From NCBI GenBank assembly GCA_013239625.1, contig MU053557.1, positions 5,715,842-5,779,841 on the forward strand: 64,000 bases of DNA. The letters run 5' to 3'. Shown piece after piece: positions 1 to 12,070 of the stretch; position 1 is the stretch's first letter, and every line of letters begins with the position of its first letter. This DNA comes from Lama guanicoe. Lineage: Eukaryota. Under the pieces are notes generated by a model that saw only the letters and a program-made list of their open reading frames with translations, did not search any database and was not told where the DNA came from. Both the position numbers and the translations under genes were made by a program.

Positions 1-1284
1 GGAGCAGGGACCCACACAGGCCACATGCTGTGTCACGCGTAGGACCAGACGCAGAGGCTCTCTCTGTTCTGACCAGGGAAGGGTTTGTTTCCTGAAAACT
101 GTCCCTGCACCCGCTCCCCTTCTTTGGCAGGCTGGGTAGCGGTAGCCCTCAGGGTGGCCCAGACCAATGCTGGGGGTGGGGATGGGTGTGTCTGGGGGAG
201 AAAGCTGCCAAGGAGGGTGGGGCAGCATCCAAGAGGAAGAACACCAAGAAGCCCAGACCCCAGACGGAAACCAAATGTATTTTCTAGGTCCTGAGAGGAT
301 ATTTGGAACAATGGAAGTGGGATGGGGGAAGTCAGACTATAAAAAGGGCTTCTTGATATCCTTAAAAAAAAAGAGTTGCGTCTTTAGGTTTGACTTTTGT
401 TTCTCTGAAGGATGTTTATGTAACTTCCTGAACGCAGGATCCCAGGGTTCCGTGAAGTTTGTCAGATGCTGTTGTTTATAGACTCAGGGCTGTGGAGCTG
501 GGAAGGACTTGATAGGATGGTCTCTCCCCTTCATAGCTGGTGAAACTGAGACCCTGAGAGGTGGCAGGTGGTTGCCTGAGGTCGCATAGTGAGGCGCGGG
601 AGGGAGCCTGTGTCTTGCAGTGCCTCGAAGGGCTGGTTGTCTTGATTTACTATTCCCAGGGCCCCAGCTGGCCTGGAGGCTGGCAGGGACTGTGCAGGGT
701 CCCCCCTTGGAGCCGCTCAGAGCTGCTGGAGTCGGGACAAGGCCAGTCTGCTCTGCAGCAAGGTGGGCCCTTTGGATGGTAGGGAAGAGACATGGTGTGT
801 GCTCGGTGATGCCACCCACTTCCAGATGCTGGGGCCCAGCTGTACACCATCTGCCCAGCAGCTGGGAGCTGTGAGTCACACCCAGTGGGTGCAGGGGCGA
901 GGGCTATTGTGTATCGTGATTCATTCTGTTCTCCCAGCCCTGAAGGAATGACTAGGCCCTGAGCTCTGATTCATGCCCACGCCTGTGGACTAAAGCGGCC
1001 GTTTGGGCTCTGAGTTCAGCTATGCGGGGCCCAGAGAGCCTGGGAGAGTCCCCCTCCTCTGCTGTCTCCTATCTCTGGAGTATTGCATGATCTGGATCCA
1101 TCCATTCTCACCAGTGCAGCATTTTGTAGGGGATTTCTGTGGATTCTTTCTCTGCAGAGAGTATCTGTAGGTTTCGTCAGGTTGTTAGAGGACTGTATCC
1201 CCCAGAGTACTGGCGGGAGGGCAGGGGGCGGCGTATGAGAGAAGGTTGCTGGAGAGGCAGTGTGGTTCTAGTCGAAAGTAGCCT

Positions 1285-1550
1285 GGTGGCAGCGTAGTAT
1301 TGTGGTTCACAGTGTGGTCTCCGAGGCCATTGTAGGTTTTTCTAAGCTGACTCCTCCTCTAAGCCAGCTCCTGAGTGACCTTGTGTAAGTTACTGTTTCT
1401 GTGCTTCAGTCTCCCCATCTGTAAAATGGGAAGAATAAGAATAGTTATCTCATGGTGTTACAGACTTTTAATAAGATCGTGTGTATAAAGGACTTATCCT
1501 GGTGCCTGGTACAAAGTAATCACTTGGTTAAAGTTTGCTGTTATTATCAG
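1285..1550 (+). mobile_element. MIR SINE
   Basis: tgaccttgtgtaagttac...cttcagtctccccatctgtaaaatggg core; gtgcctggtacaaagtaa tail; approximate ends. Confidence 0.8.
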
Positions 1551-4500
1551 TTTCAGCTTTGCTGCTAATTTGCTGTGTGATCCTGTTAAGTGCCTTATCT
1601 TGGGGTCTTAGTCTCCACCTCCAGCTCTGCACTCTGTGTAGGGCTTTCCAGGAGCTGCAGGGCAAGGTTGGAGAGCAGGGGTGGGCAGGGAAGGGGGGGA
1701 GGATCTTCTGCATCCTGGGACTCCCTAGCTCAGGCCCTCACTAGTGCCTTGAACATGGCTTTGTCCTGAGGCAGGATTATGTAACCAGTGGGGCCCAGCC
1801 AGGCAGGACGTTATTCTCAACCTCATTTTGTCCTCCATTGTCTCTTCCTCTCCCTTCCCCCAGTGGAGCTGTTGCATTAGCTGACCTGTTCCTCAAGCTC
1901 CAGGGATGAATTGATTTAGTTCAGAGGTTTGCTGGGCAAGCGGCCCTCCAACCCTGACCCCGGTCACCTGGGGACAGAGTTGTTACTTCTGTGCCTGCTT
2001 CGGGGATGGAGACGGGGACTCTTTTTTAGGCGGAGAGGCAGGCTATAGGCTGGGGAGGCCCTTGACCAATGGCCCCATGGTTCCAGCAGACACGCCCACC
2101 CCCTCCCCATGAGTCCCTCTGCAGGAGTGGCCTCCCCATCCTTGCAGCCCAGCACCAAGCTTCCTCTCTCAGGAAGCCTCCCCTGGTACCTCGGCTGCAG
2201 AGAGGTCTCCTCTGCTGAGCTCTGCATTCTGTTCTCTTTAAGAAAACAGAGGCCACAAACTGGCAGGCCATATCCACCCCACGGGCAGATTTCACCTGGT
2301 CCATGCCAAATATTGAGCTAGTTGCCAACAGGAGATTTTTACGTAAGAATCCCAACTTCTGGCTTTCCTTCAAAAATGAGAAGATCAGAAAACATTGAGC
2401 CTACATTCTCCAGTGGCTACTGCTGGAGAAGAGGCACATTCACTCCACTTTGCCCCATCCCCACCCAGCCACTTTGCACACTTACACACTTTATAGTCTA
2501 GGCATCTGAGTTTTCTTCCCTGTCCTGAAGAAGGCACGGCCTGCCTTCTCTCCTGTGTTGTGTGGTGCCCCACCTGTCTGCTTTGTGGGCCCTTTGAGGA
2601 TGGGGGGCTGACTCATCTCTGTCCCTGAAAACATTGTGCTCAGGTTCAGGACTGTGTACACAGCAGGAGCATAATAAGTGCTTCCTTTATGAATGAAGGC
2701 GGGGCAGCGGTGCTCCTCGCCAGCTGTGAAGATTCCATTTAATAGAAGCCTCTGGATCAGCCTGCCCCGTGGCCCGAGAATCCTCCTCCCGGATAAGCTG
2801 TGGCTGCTTAGCCACTGACCCAGGCAGCTTCTTAAGCTGCGGATAAACACTCAAAGTGTTGTCCCCACAGTATAGCCAAGGAGAGGGACATTTCCCCTGC
2901 AGCTGTCACCACGTTTCACTCTTCTCGGGGGTTTGGAGGAGCTTGGGGCCAGAGGGAGGCTGGCATCAGCAGCCTTCAGAGGGCACCGAGTACAGACCTC
3001 TGCCTCCTGGGGGGCCTGGGGATAGAGGTGCTGGGGGAGGATCAGTTCAGGAGTTTACTGGACTGGGCTTCCCCTCCTTCAGGCCTTTCTCTGCCTAATT
3101 CTTCTCTTAGGGTATGCGCTTTAGTCATCAGCTCCTTTGTCCAGCTGCCTGTCTGTCCAAGGCTTATTTCACTCTTAATTGAAAACCTAAACTTCCCTTG
3201 AGGCCAGCTAAGGTGTCTCCTCCTGGAAGAGGTCTTAGCTGAGAGGTCACAGTTGTTCTGGGTATAAGAAGAACCTGGGAAGCTTATTTTTTTTAAAAAA
3301 GCGTGTAGATTTCTGTCTCCCTATCTTTGATTCCTTCAGTCTGGGGTCCAGCATCCCCGTCCCTAGGAGGTTCAGACACGAGGATCTGTAGACACATTTT
3401 GAGGACCCTGTCTTAGTTCAAGGAGCCCAAGACTGGTAGGGAGGACCCCAGGGTGGCAGTTGTACTGTGTGACATCATCGTGTTCCTTTCCCACTCTGGG
3501 CTTCTTTTTCACCCTCTGTACACCAACACGCTGGGCTCTTCCTGGTGGTTGTGGCCCCAAGTGTCTGGTGAGCCGTCCTTGGAGAGGGTGATGGGCATAT
3601 CGGGGCAGGTGCCAGTGTCTGGGTGGGGTCAGGGCCCTCAGTCCTGGGCCTACCTTGGCCAGACACAGGGAGGTTTCACATTCTTCAGGTAACAGCTCAG
3701 GTGAGGAGTGCCCTGATGTTGGGGGAGGAGGCAGGCTGGAAGCTGGGTCAGAATGGGCAGAGGCAGTGCCTGTGCCCAAGGAAGTTGGAGAACTGGCCTG
3801 GGTGGCCCAGTGATCCGGCCACATGCTGAGGGGCGCCCCTCTGTGTGGTCCTGTGGCAGGCAGGCTGAGGCTTCAAGTGCAGGCCTATGGAAGCCATTTA
3901 CAGTTGAGTAAACTGAGGCACACAGAGGGAGGGACTCTCCCAGTGTCACACACAAGTGTGTGGAAAGCTGGATGTGGGCTCCAGGTCTTCAGCTTCCATT
4001 CAAGGGCGCAGTCCTCTGTCTTCACCTCCCTCTGCAGGGTCTGAGCCAGATCACCCAGCTGGGATAATCTCTGATTGTCTGTGACAACCTCAAGGCTTGG
4101 GCCTGGAAAAGTGAAGGCACCATCTCACAGCCACCCTCGAGGCATGAAACCGGTTGGGTGTGCAAATTACCCCCTCAAACATCCTCCATCCCATTTTTTT
4201 CTTTTTCCTTAAACTGTCTCTAATGGACCAGCTGCCTCTGTGCCCGTTTCCGCCTGGCACTGGGCTTCATGCTCTTTATTCTGGGAACAAAGCTTCCTTC
4301 TGATGGTCCTCCTGCTGACAACAGGAAAAGGGCAGGCGTGGCACTGGGCCTCCCTCCTCCACCTCCTCTAGCTGGGAGCAAGGGGCAGCCTTTGTCAGAT
4401 GCAGGACCCCAGCAGCGCTGGCAGGCTGGGAGGGAACCCAGCTGCAGTCCAGTCCATGTTCCCGCTGGGACTGGAGCTGCCCCGTGAGCCCAGCTGTGGC

Positions 4501-4704
4501 CAAAAGGGTGGCAGAGGTGTTGGACAGGGTCTGGTGTAAGTCCTGCTCTGGTTTAAGCGGTTACTCGTCCCAGGCTTGTTCATGTGACAGCCCTCAGGGT
4601 TCCAGCTGGCACAGGTGGAGTATCATTTCAGCCTCCAGGCCACCCTGGTCTCCTAGGGGCTGCAGAAACCAAAAGGTGCTCAGATGGGGGAAGCCATAGT
4701 CCCT

Positions 4705-5545
4705 CAGCCAGTATATTTTTATTAAGCATCTACTTTGTTCCAGGCACTTTTCTGGGCACTGGGACACAGCAGTGAAAAAAATAGACCCGGTGCCCGCTTT
4801 GGACTCAGATGACATTCTAATGGTGGAAGAGAGTCAGCAGACCGACAAGTACTAGCTGTTTGTCAGGTGGCCAGGAGTGCCTGCAAGAATTAAGCTGAGT
4901 TGGGGTAGACAGTGTGGCTGGAGGGAGTGGCTCTGCTATGTTGAGGGGTCATGGCAAGTCTCTGGTAAGGGGGCAGCAGACTCCAGGAGGGACCTGGGGA
5001 GCTGCAGGGTATTTGGGGAAGAACATTCCAGGCTGAGGGAGCAGCAGTTCAAGGCTTTGAAGCAGGAGGGCACGGCGCGTGCTTGAGGAGCAACAAGGAG
5101 GCTGGTGTGGCGGGGGCAGGAGAACAAGAGCTTCCCAGGAGGAGATGGAGCCCCAGGGAGTGCGGAGGGACTGATCGCCTAGGGCCTCCTGGCCCTTCAA
5201 GACAACTTTGCTCTTTAGTCTAAGTAAAGCCCTAGGGGCTGGGGCTGCCTTGTTTCGACACACATTTGAGAGGGATCCTGCGGGCTGCGGCATGGAGAGG
5301 AGACTGGAGGAGGTGAGGTGCCTCAGTCGTGCAGACGCCAGAGGACGGCGTAGTGTGGGATGTGGGGTCGGACTCTGGATTGGTTTTGCAGGATATGCTG
5401 ATGGATCAGATGTAGGGTGTGAGAGTAATGGTGTCAACGGCAGGGTTTCTGGGCTGAGGGACTGGGAAGGCATTTACTGAGACAGAGAAGGCTGCAGGAC
5501 AGCAGATTTGGGGAGAGAAATGGGGATTTCCGGTCAGACGTGTTA
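4705..5545 (-). mobile_element. L2 LINE 3' fragment
   Basis: tttattaagcatctactttgttccaggcac...ggcactgggacacagcagtgaa start; ggatttgctgatggatcagatgtagggtgtgag-like body; approximate ends. Confidence 0.75.
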
Positions 5546-6039
5546 GGTCGGAGTATACCCAGGGAGGGGGGCACATGGGTAGAGGTTGGTCCTGAGCCTG
5601 CGCGTGTCCCTGTTGTTGAAGGGGTGATTCCTACAAGGGGCGTGAGGCATGCCCTGAGAAGCTATTCCACAAGAACAAATATTTCCTGGGCCCTTCCTGC
5701 ACCTTTCTGTCTTTGCAAACCTCCTGCTTCTCCCTTCCTTCTAGACAGAGGGAGATGCAGATTCTGAGGACTCATTGTCTTGGTGGTGGTCCTGGCCTTT
5801 CTGCCTGATGTGCCTCTTGGGTAGGAGTTCCTCCTGGAGTGAGGGACTGGGGTGGGGAGCCCTGAAAAGGGAGGCCAGAGGTCTCAGGCCTTTCCCTGGC
5901 TTGGTTGCCCGCAGAGAGAGCTTTCTCTCTGTTCCTTGGTTTCCCCTCCTGCGCATAGAAGTGTTGAGCTGTCTGCAGGTGACAGGGAGCACTTGAGGAG
6001 GCCATGTGCACAATGTTTAAGAACCTGGCTTGAAGTCCA

Positions 6040-6250
6040 GGTGTGGGTGTGAATCCTTGCTCTGCCACTTGACTGTGAGACTCTGGGCCAGTGACCTAAG
6101 CTCTCTGAGCCTCAGTTTTCTCATCTGTGAAGATGGGCCAACCATAGTATCTGCATCACAGAGTTACCATGACGGTTAAATGAAAAAACACACGCAAAGC
6201 ACTTAGCAAAGGCCCGAGCGTATACACACCGGATTAACAGGGGCTGATAG
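6040..6250 (+). mobile_element. MIR SINE
   Basis: gaatccttgctctgccactt...ctctgagcctcagttttctcatctgtgaagatggg. Confidence 0.75.
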
Positions 6251-7279
6251 TAACAGTGACCATGCAGTCAGGTTAAGGGGTTTTCCCGGGTAGGTGGTGG
6301 GAGCCATGGAAGGCTGTTGAGTAGGAGCATGGTGCACATGTGGTTTGAGGAGACAGCTGTGAGAGTGGAGACTTGGGCTGAGCCCCTTCCACCGGCCGGA
6401 GTGAGTAGTGAGGGCTGACCTTGAGGGACTATCCTGCCTTTCCTCAGCTGAGGGTCTCCACTGACTTGGTGTGGGCAGCCTCTGCCTTGCACAGACTCCT
6501 TGGGAAGGGGGTTGTCATTTTCCCTAAGATCTCCTACGGGACCCCTTGTCTCTACATCCCAGTGGCTGACCTTAGGGAACGTGAGTGTGGGGCTTTGAGG
6601 GGTGGGTGATGTTGAGGGTCCTTGAGTTGTTTGCATGCAGGGCTCTGGACAGGATCGGCGGGGGCAGGGCAGGCCTGGAGTGGCATTCCACTGGGCACTC
6701 GGATGTGACCTCGGCTTCTGGTCTGGGTCCAGGCTGGGCGGTGCTTGCTCCAGTGGAGCCATGAAGAGGTTGACAACAGGCGGAATGTGGCCCCCTTAGG
6801 ACCCACACTTCAGTGGTGCCCAGGCATGCCGGCCGAGCTCTGTGCTTTTGCAAGCCTGTTTCCCAGCATTTGAATCGTGCCAGGACGGCCAAGGACGTTT
6901 CAGATTCCCCCAAGGCTGGCAGCCAGTCTGTCACCAGGCATTGCTTGTTTTCCCAGGGTCCAAGGGTTTTTCTGGATGGAGAGGGCTCTGGAGATATTCC
7001 AGGAACTTTTCTTAACAGCTGGGTAAATTGAGATCCAGAGAGAGCAAGGCACTTGACCAAGGTCTCACAAGGCCGCCTCCCTCCTATCTGTCACCTCCCT
7101 CTGTTCCCATGTCCCTTGCTCAGACTCCTGGCCTCCTGCCCGGACGTTTGTAACAGCCTTCTTCTTGTGGGCTCTCCAAGAGCTTTGTTTGTCTTCCTAT
7201 TATCATCATCTTGCTATAACCTGCCAGGCACACACACCATCTGAGTGTCTGGTCTCCTTTCCCCTCTAGTCCCTGGCAG

Positions 7280-7530
7280 AGCCGTGCAGTGCAGAGGTTC
7301 TGAGCGCAGGCCTCAGAGCCAGACTGAAGTTTGAATCCCAGCTCTGCCCCTTCCTAACACAGTGAAGTGAGATACTCCACATTTCTGAGCCTCAGTGTCT
7401 CCATCTGTGAAATGAAAACAGTAGCAGTGCTTAATTTACAAGGATGTCATGGTGGTTAAATGAGTTACTGTGTGACGTTCTGGGTAGGATACCTGCACAG
7501 AGTGAGCTGTCAAAAATGGTCGTTGTTGTA
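7280..7530 (+). mobile_element. MIR SINE
   Basis: tttgaatcccagctctgcc...ctgagcctcagtgtctccatctgtgaaatg. Confidence 0.75.
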
Positions 7531-8669
7531 AAGGCCCGTCCATGCTGTCTGAACTGAAAAGTCAAGGGCACAGAGGAGTAGGTGAAGCTCTGGACTGGAA
7601 GGCAGAAGATGCAGGCTCCAAGTTCATGGCCAAATGCTGACTTGCTGTGTACTTTTTGGGAAATCACTCTCCTGAGAATCCCAATTTCCTCATTTGAGGA
7701 AGAAGGAAGAAATCCCTGCTTAGAAGGTTGTCATGTGATGCCAGAGCAAGCAGTGTCTGTGAAAAAGCTTTGCATCTGTGTAATGATTTTAAAATGGCAG
7801 CTTGGTGGCTGTGGTGTGCAGATGGTGACAGGGACGTTGTAGCCACAGTGGTGGACAGCTGGCTCGGCTGGAGGTTGGTCAGTCTGCAAATGCTGAGCGC
7901 CCACGCGGGCTTCCCATCCCTGCCTGCCTAGCTTGCCTCCACCAGCCTGCCTTTCGCATTAGCCTCAGCATTGCACACTCGAAGATGTGGGAGGTGCAAA
8001 GACCCGATGGCATCTTCCGGGCCCTAGTGGGTTTGGGGTTATCGGTGGCGGATGCTGTGGAATGTAGGATTAATACCAGACACTGGTTCGAATCTCAGCT
8101 CAGCACTTCCCGACTGGTAGCTTGAGCCAGTTGCTTAACTTTTACGAGCCTCACTTCCCACACTTGTAAGATGAGGCCTTGATGAAGCAGAAGCCAAGCA
8201 TTTTAGCAAAGGCGTAGCATGTGGTTATACAGGGAGGTTGTATCATGTGTCTCCCGCCTGAAGCATGGTGTGTGATGAGTTTATGGATGGTGGGGAGTGG
8301 GGGCCATTGTGCCCATTTCTGGGGATGAGCTGTGGAGGCCAGTTTATGCTCCCTGCAGAATCACCCACCTAGGAGTTAGGAGGGCCCTTGGAGTCATCTG
8401 GCGCTGTGCCATTCTACTGGTGAACAAAGCAAGCCCGAAAGGAGCTGATGCTGGGCTGGGGTCACTGGCTGGTGAGTGCAAGGCTGGGCCTAGGGTGAGG
8501 CGAGGGAGGCACTTAGACCGTGGGGAGGTGCCGCGGCGAGACTCCGCATTGTTGCACGGGTGCTCTCCAGCCCCCCGAGAGTGGGCGCCTCCTTCATGTT
8601 TGTGCCTGGCGCCTTGACGCCTCACCCTAGCCCAGTCTAGGACTAGAACTCCAGTCTCTTGACTCCAGG

Positions 8670-8882
8670 AACTCCTGACTCAAGCCTTGGGGGTATGGGG
8701 ACACCTGTGAGGCACCTTCCAGAGTCACATCGAGGCCCCCTGGCCCCTTTAAAAGAGGCCTGCAATAAGTGGGTCGCCTTCCCCGTGCTTGTCTGTGTTT
8801 CTGTGCCCCCTCGCTGTCTGTGATCACGCCCCTCCCCCCACCTGCTGCCCCTTCCCCTGCCAGCTGTGCCTCCATGTAAGCG
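8670..8882 (+). promoter_or_regulatory. Candidate promoter and non-coding first exon of NDST1
   Basis: AP-1 TGACTCA 8676-8682, TATA-like TTTAAAAG 8748-8755, GC-box-like cgcccctcccc, then donor CAT|gtaagc at 8875/8876. No transcript evidence is available. Confidence 0.35.
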
Positions 8883-11819
8883 TTTGAGCCCCTCACCCCG
8901 AGGGAGCTGTGTTGGTAGCGGGCTCCCGTTGTGGTAACAAGCTGCAGCGAGTCTGGAGAGATGAGGCTGCTTTCATGTGGGCCCTGATGAAACCTCCCTG
9001 GTCTCAGCAGGCCCAGGTTGTGCCCATCAGGCCTCCAGGAGATTAGGGGGCTTCTGCAGCTCCCAGCGCCTCAAGGCTTTCCCTTCCTCTTTGTTGCCCC
9101 CTGCGTACCTGGCTTCCCTCCACTCTGGCCACAGGGCCTGGAGCGTTTTCAGTTTCCCCAAGGGTTTTGTGCCTTCTGGGAAGCTTGGTCTTAGGGTGTC
9201 CATCTGGGCCAGTTTCCCCATCATCACCTCTGGGCCTATGGGCTGGGCCTCAGGTGACTTGTTAAGGAGTGGCCAAGGCTGTTAATCCTGCGGGGTTCCT
9301 GGGGTCTCCCCAAGCTGGCAGGAGCCTCGGCCACCCTTGTGGTATGACATGTGAAGCCTTGGACAGACGGCTCCATCCCCAGGTCATACATATACGAACA
9401 TGCCACTTTTTTTTTCCCACTGCTGCTCTTGGAGCCTGAAACTCCGTCATTTGCAAGTTGCCTTGTGCTCTCCCTGGTGTCCTCTAAAAAGGCAAATACG
9501 TTTGCAGGTGGACGCTGTTAACATGTTTTCTGCTGAAGAGCAAATGCAGGCTAGCCTAGCCCTCGTCCAGTTGCCTGTGTGACTATGGCCGAGTTGCTTC
9601 TCCTCTCTGGGCCTTGTAAGGCCTTTTTCAGCTCTTGTACTTCCACACTCTGGCAGTTACCCTTGTCGCCCCCCTGCAGGATGGGGCGCCGGGAGAGGCC
9701 TGGCAGCGGAGCTGGGGTTGGGGCAGGGGCCAAAAGCCAACATCACAGACTCTCTGACCACCAGCTGGCCTAATGTGGGGACGTTGGTCCTTCTTCCTCT
9801 TCTTCTTGGGACAGGTGGGGAAACTGAGGTCTGGAGTGAGGAAGGGCCTTGCATTGATCACATAGAAAGTCAGTCAGAGCTGCAGTCAGAGCCCAGTTAT
9901 CCTTGCTGCCAGCGAGGGCTCCTCCACTCCGGGCTGCCACCTTTCCTGAGAGGAATTCGAGGGCCCATTGACATCAAGGTCAGGGATGTGCTTTCTCCTC
10001 TTCTGTGGAAGGCACCTCTGAGGGGGGTCCCCTGCCTGCTGTGGGGTCCCTGGGCCTGGGGCAGAGCAGGGAAAGACATCCTCTTCCAGAGGGTCAGAAG
10101 GTAGGATCTGGTGGCTTCTGGCAAGAGACATGGTAAGAAGGAGGCCTGGAGGCTTCCCGGAACGTGCTTGGTGGCTCAGGGTGCCCTAGGGCCCTCCCTC
10201 CCTCCCAGGAGGGGACTGGGCCGACAGTAATGCCATTTGTCCTGGCTCTGGGATTAGGTGCGGCTGTGTTAAGTGAGGAGTGCGGAGCCATTAAGAGGAC
10301 GCGGCGAAGTGAAGTGGAGCTGAGCTGAGCGGCTGCTGTCTGGAGCTCTGGTGGGTCCTGTTGTTCTCTCCCCCGCCTCCCTGTACCCTCTTACCACAGC
10401 CCTGTGTCCCCTCCCTCCTGTCCAGTCCTCCCAGGTCTGTCTAATGTGTGTGTACCCACAGCGTGTGCGTGTTCATACCCATGCAGGAGGGGCCTGGGGG
10501 TGCAGGCAGTGGTGCAAGCTGGCCCCCAAGCCTGGCACTGGGTTGTGTCTGCGTTCAGGACCAGAAGCAGGTTCCTCAAGTGCCCCAGCTCCCAGGATTG
10601 CCCCAGGGAGATGGCACAGGGCTGACCTGGCAGATTCCTGATGGAGGAGAAGGGGACTGTGGCGGAGGGGTGGGAAGGAAGGGCTCAGCTTCTCTTTCAG
10701 CTTCTCCTGACAGCTCAGCAAGTCCATAAATCCACCTGAAGCCAGCAGGTCTGGGAGATAAAGATTTACCTCAGGGCCATGGCGGGAGCTAGAGGGATGA
10801 GGTCCTGGGGTGCTCACATGTTACGCTTGTGGCTTCGGTCCTGTCTAGACGGTGAGGCTGCAGCTTGTCAAAGCCAGAGGGGCCCCTACAGAGTTTCCAT
10901 ATTTTTAAGTTGGCTTTTGGGGTGGGAGCTGGTCACAACCACCCTGAATTTGTATGGAATGTGGCGTCTGTCTGGGGAGAGTCCTCTACCAGTCTTCATG
11001 AAATTCTCAAAGGATTCTGTAACCTCAGGAGGTCACCAGCTTCTGATTTGATCCACACTGGTCATTGTCCAGTCAAGGAAACAGGCTCAGAGAAGGGAAG
11101 GGTCTTGCCCAGAGGTACACAAGGAGCCAGTGGAGGCACGGGGATGTTGGTGTGGACTCCAGGCCCACATGGACTTTTGCTTCTGTATCCGGGAGGTGGG
11201 GCCCCTCGAGTATTCCCGCCTCTAGGAATCTCTCAGGGGTCATCTGGCAACCTGGGGTGGGCAAATGGCAGGGCAGGGGCAGGGGCTGCCCAGCATTTCC
11301 TGGCTCTTCTCTAGGGGGTGGCAGACAGGGAGGAGATCAGGGCATGATAAACCTGTTTCTACTTTGTTGGGAGAAAATGACAAATAACTGAGGTCATGAT
11401 TGGGAGGTGCTTGCTATAGTACCCGGCGTGCAGCAGACCTGTGAGGCGTGCCTGTCACCATTGTCCTTTATGTTGGCCCTGTGAGCTGAGATCTCCTGCT
11501 TCTGACCCTCACTCTACATCTCTCTCCCTTTCCTTAGCATGAGTCCTCTCCCTGGGGCAGAGAGGCAGCCTCCCTTTCCCATGTGGGGTCTCTGCTTGTC
11601 TGGGAAGACAGAGGCCCCTCGGGGCAGGGGAAGGTGACGACTCTTTGGCTGAGGTCCTGCCTTTCTGGGGACCTGTGGTGCCCCATCTGTCCATGAAGGA
11701 AGGCTTTCTTGTTGTCAGAAAAGCCAGTCAGCCTGCCTTTAGGCAGCTGCGGTGGTCATCTGCAGGAGGCCTGTCTCTGGGACTGTTCTGGCAAGAACAG
11801 TGAGGAATGCAGGGCAGCT

Positions 11820-12070
11820 GTACAGAGGTTACGAGCTGTATGGGGGTCCAAGGTAGGCCGGCCTGGGGCTGTCCTAGCTCCACGCCTACCCAGCTGCGTG
11901 ACCTTGAGTAGGCTGCTTCATACCTTGTCTGAGCCTCGGTTTCCTTGTCTGCAAAGTGCGCATATCAGGGACACCACCCCTCAGGGTGTGAGGATTGGGC
12001 GTGATAAATCGGGGAAAACTGATGAGGGGCTGGCAAGTTACCAGGAGCTCAGTCTGTGCTCTCTGCTGTC
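11820..12070 (+). mobile_element. MIR SINE
   Basis: agctgcgtgaccttgagtagg...ctgagcctcggtttccttgtctgcaaagtg. Confidence 0.7.

Noticed and set aside
7860..8030. Alternative candidate first exon
   Set aside because: Mildly CpG-enriched, but with no convincing donor or core promoter motif; weaker than the 8.8 kb candidate.
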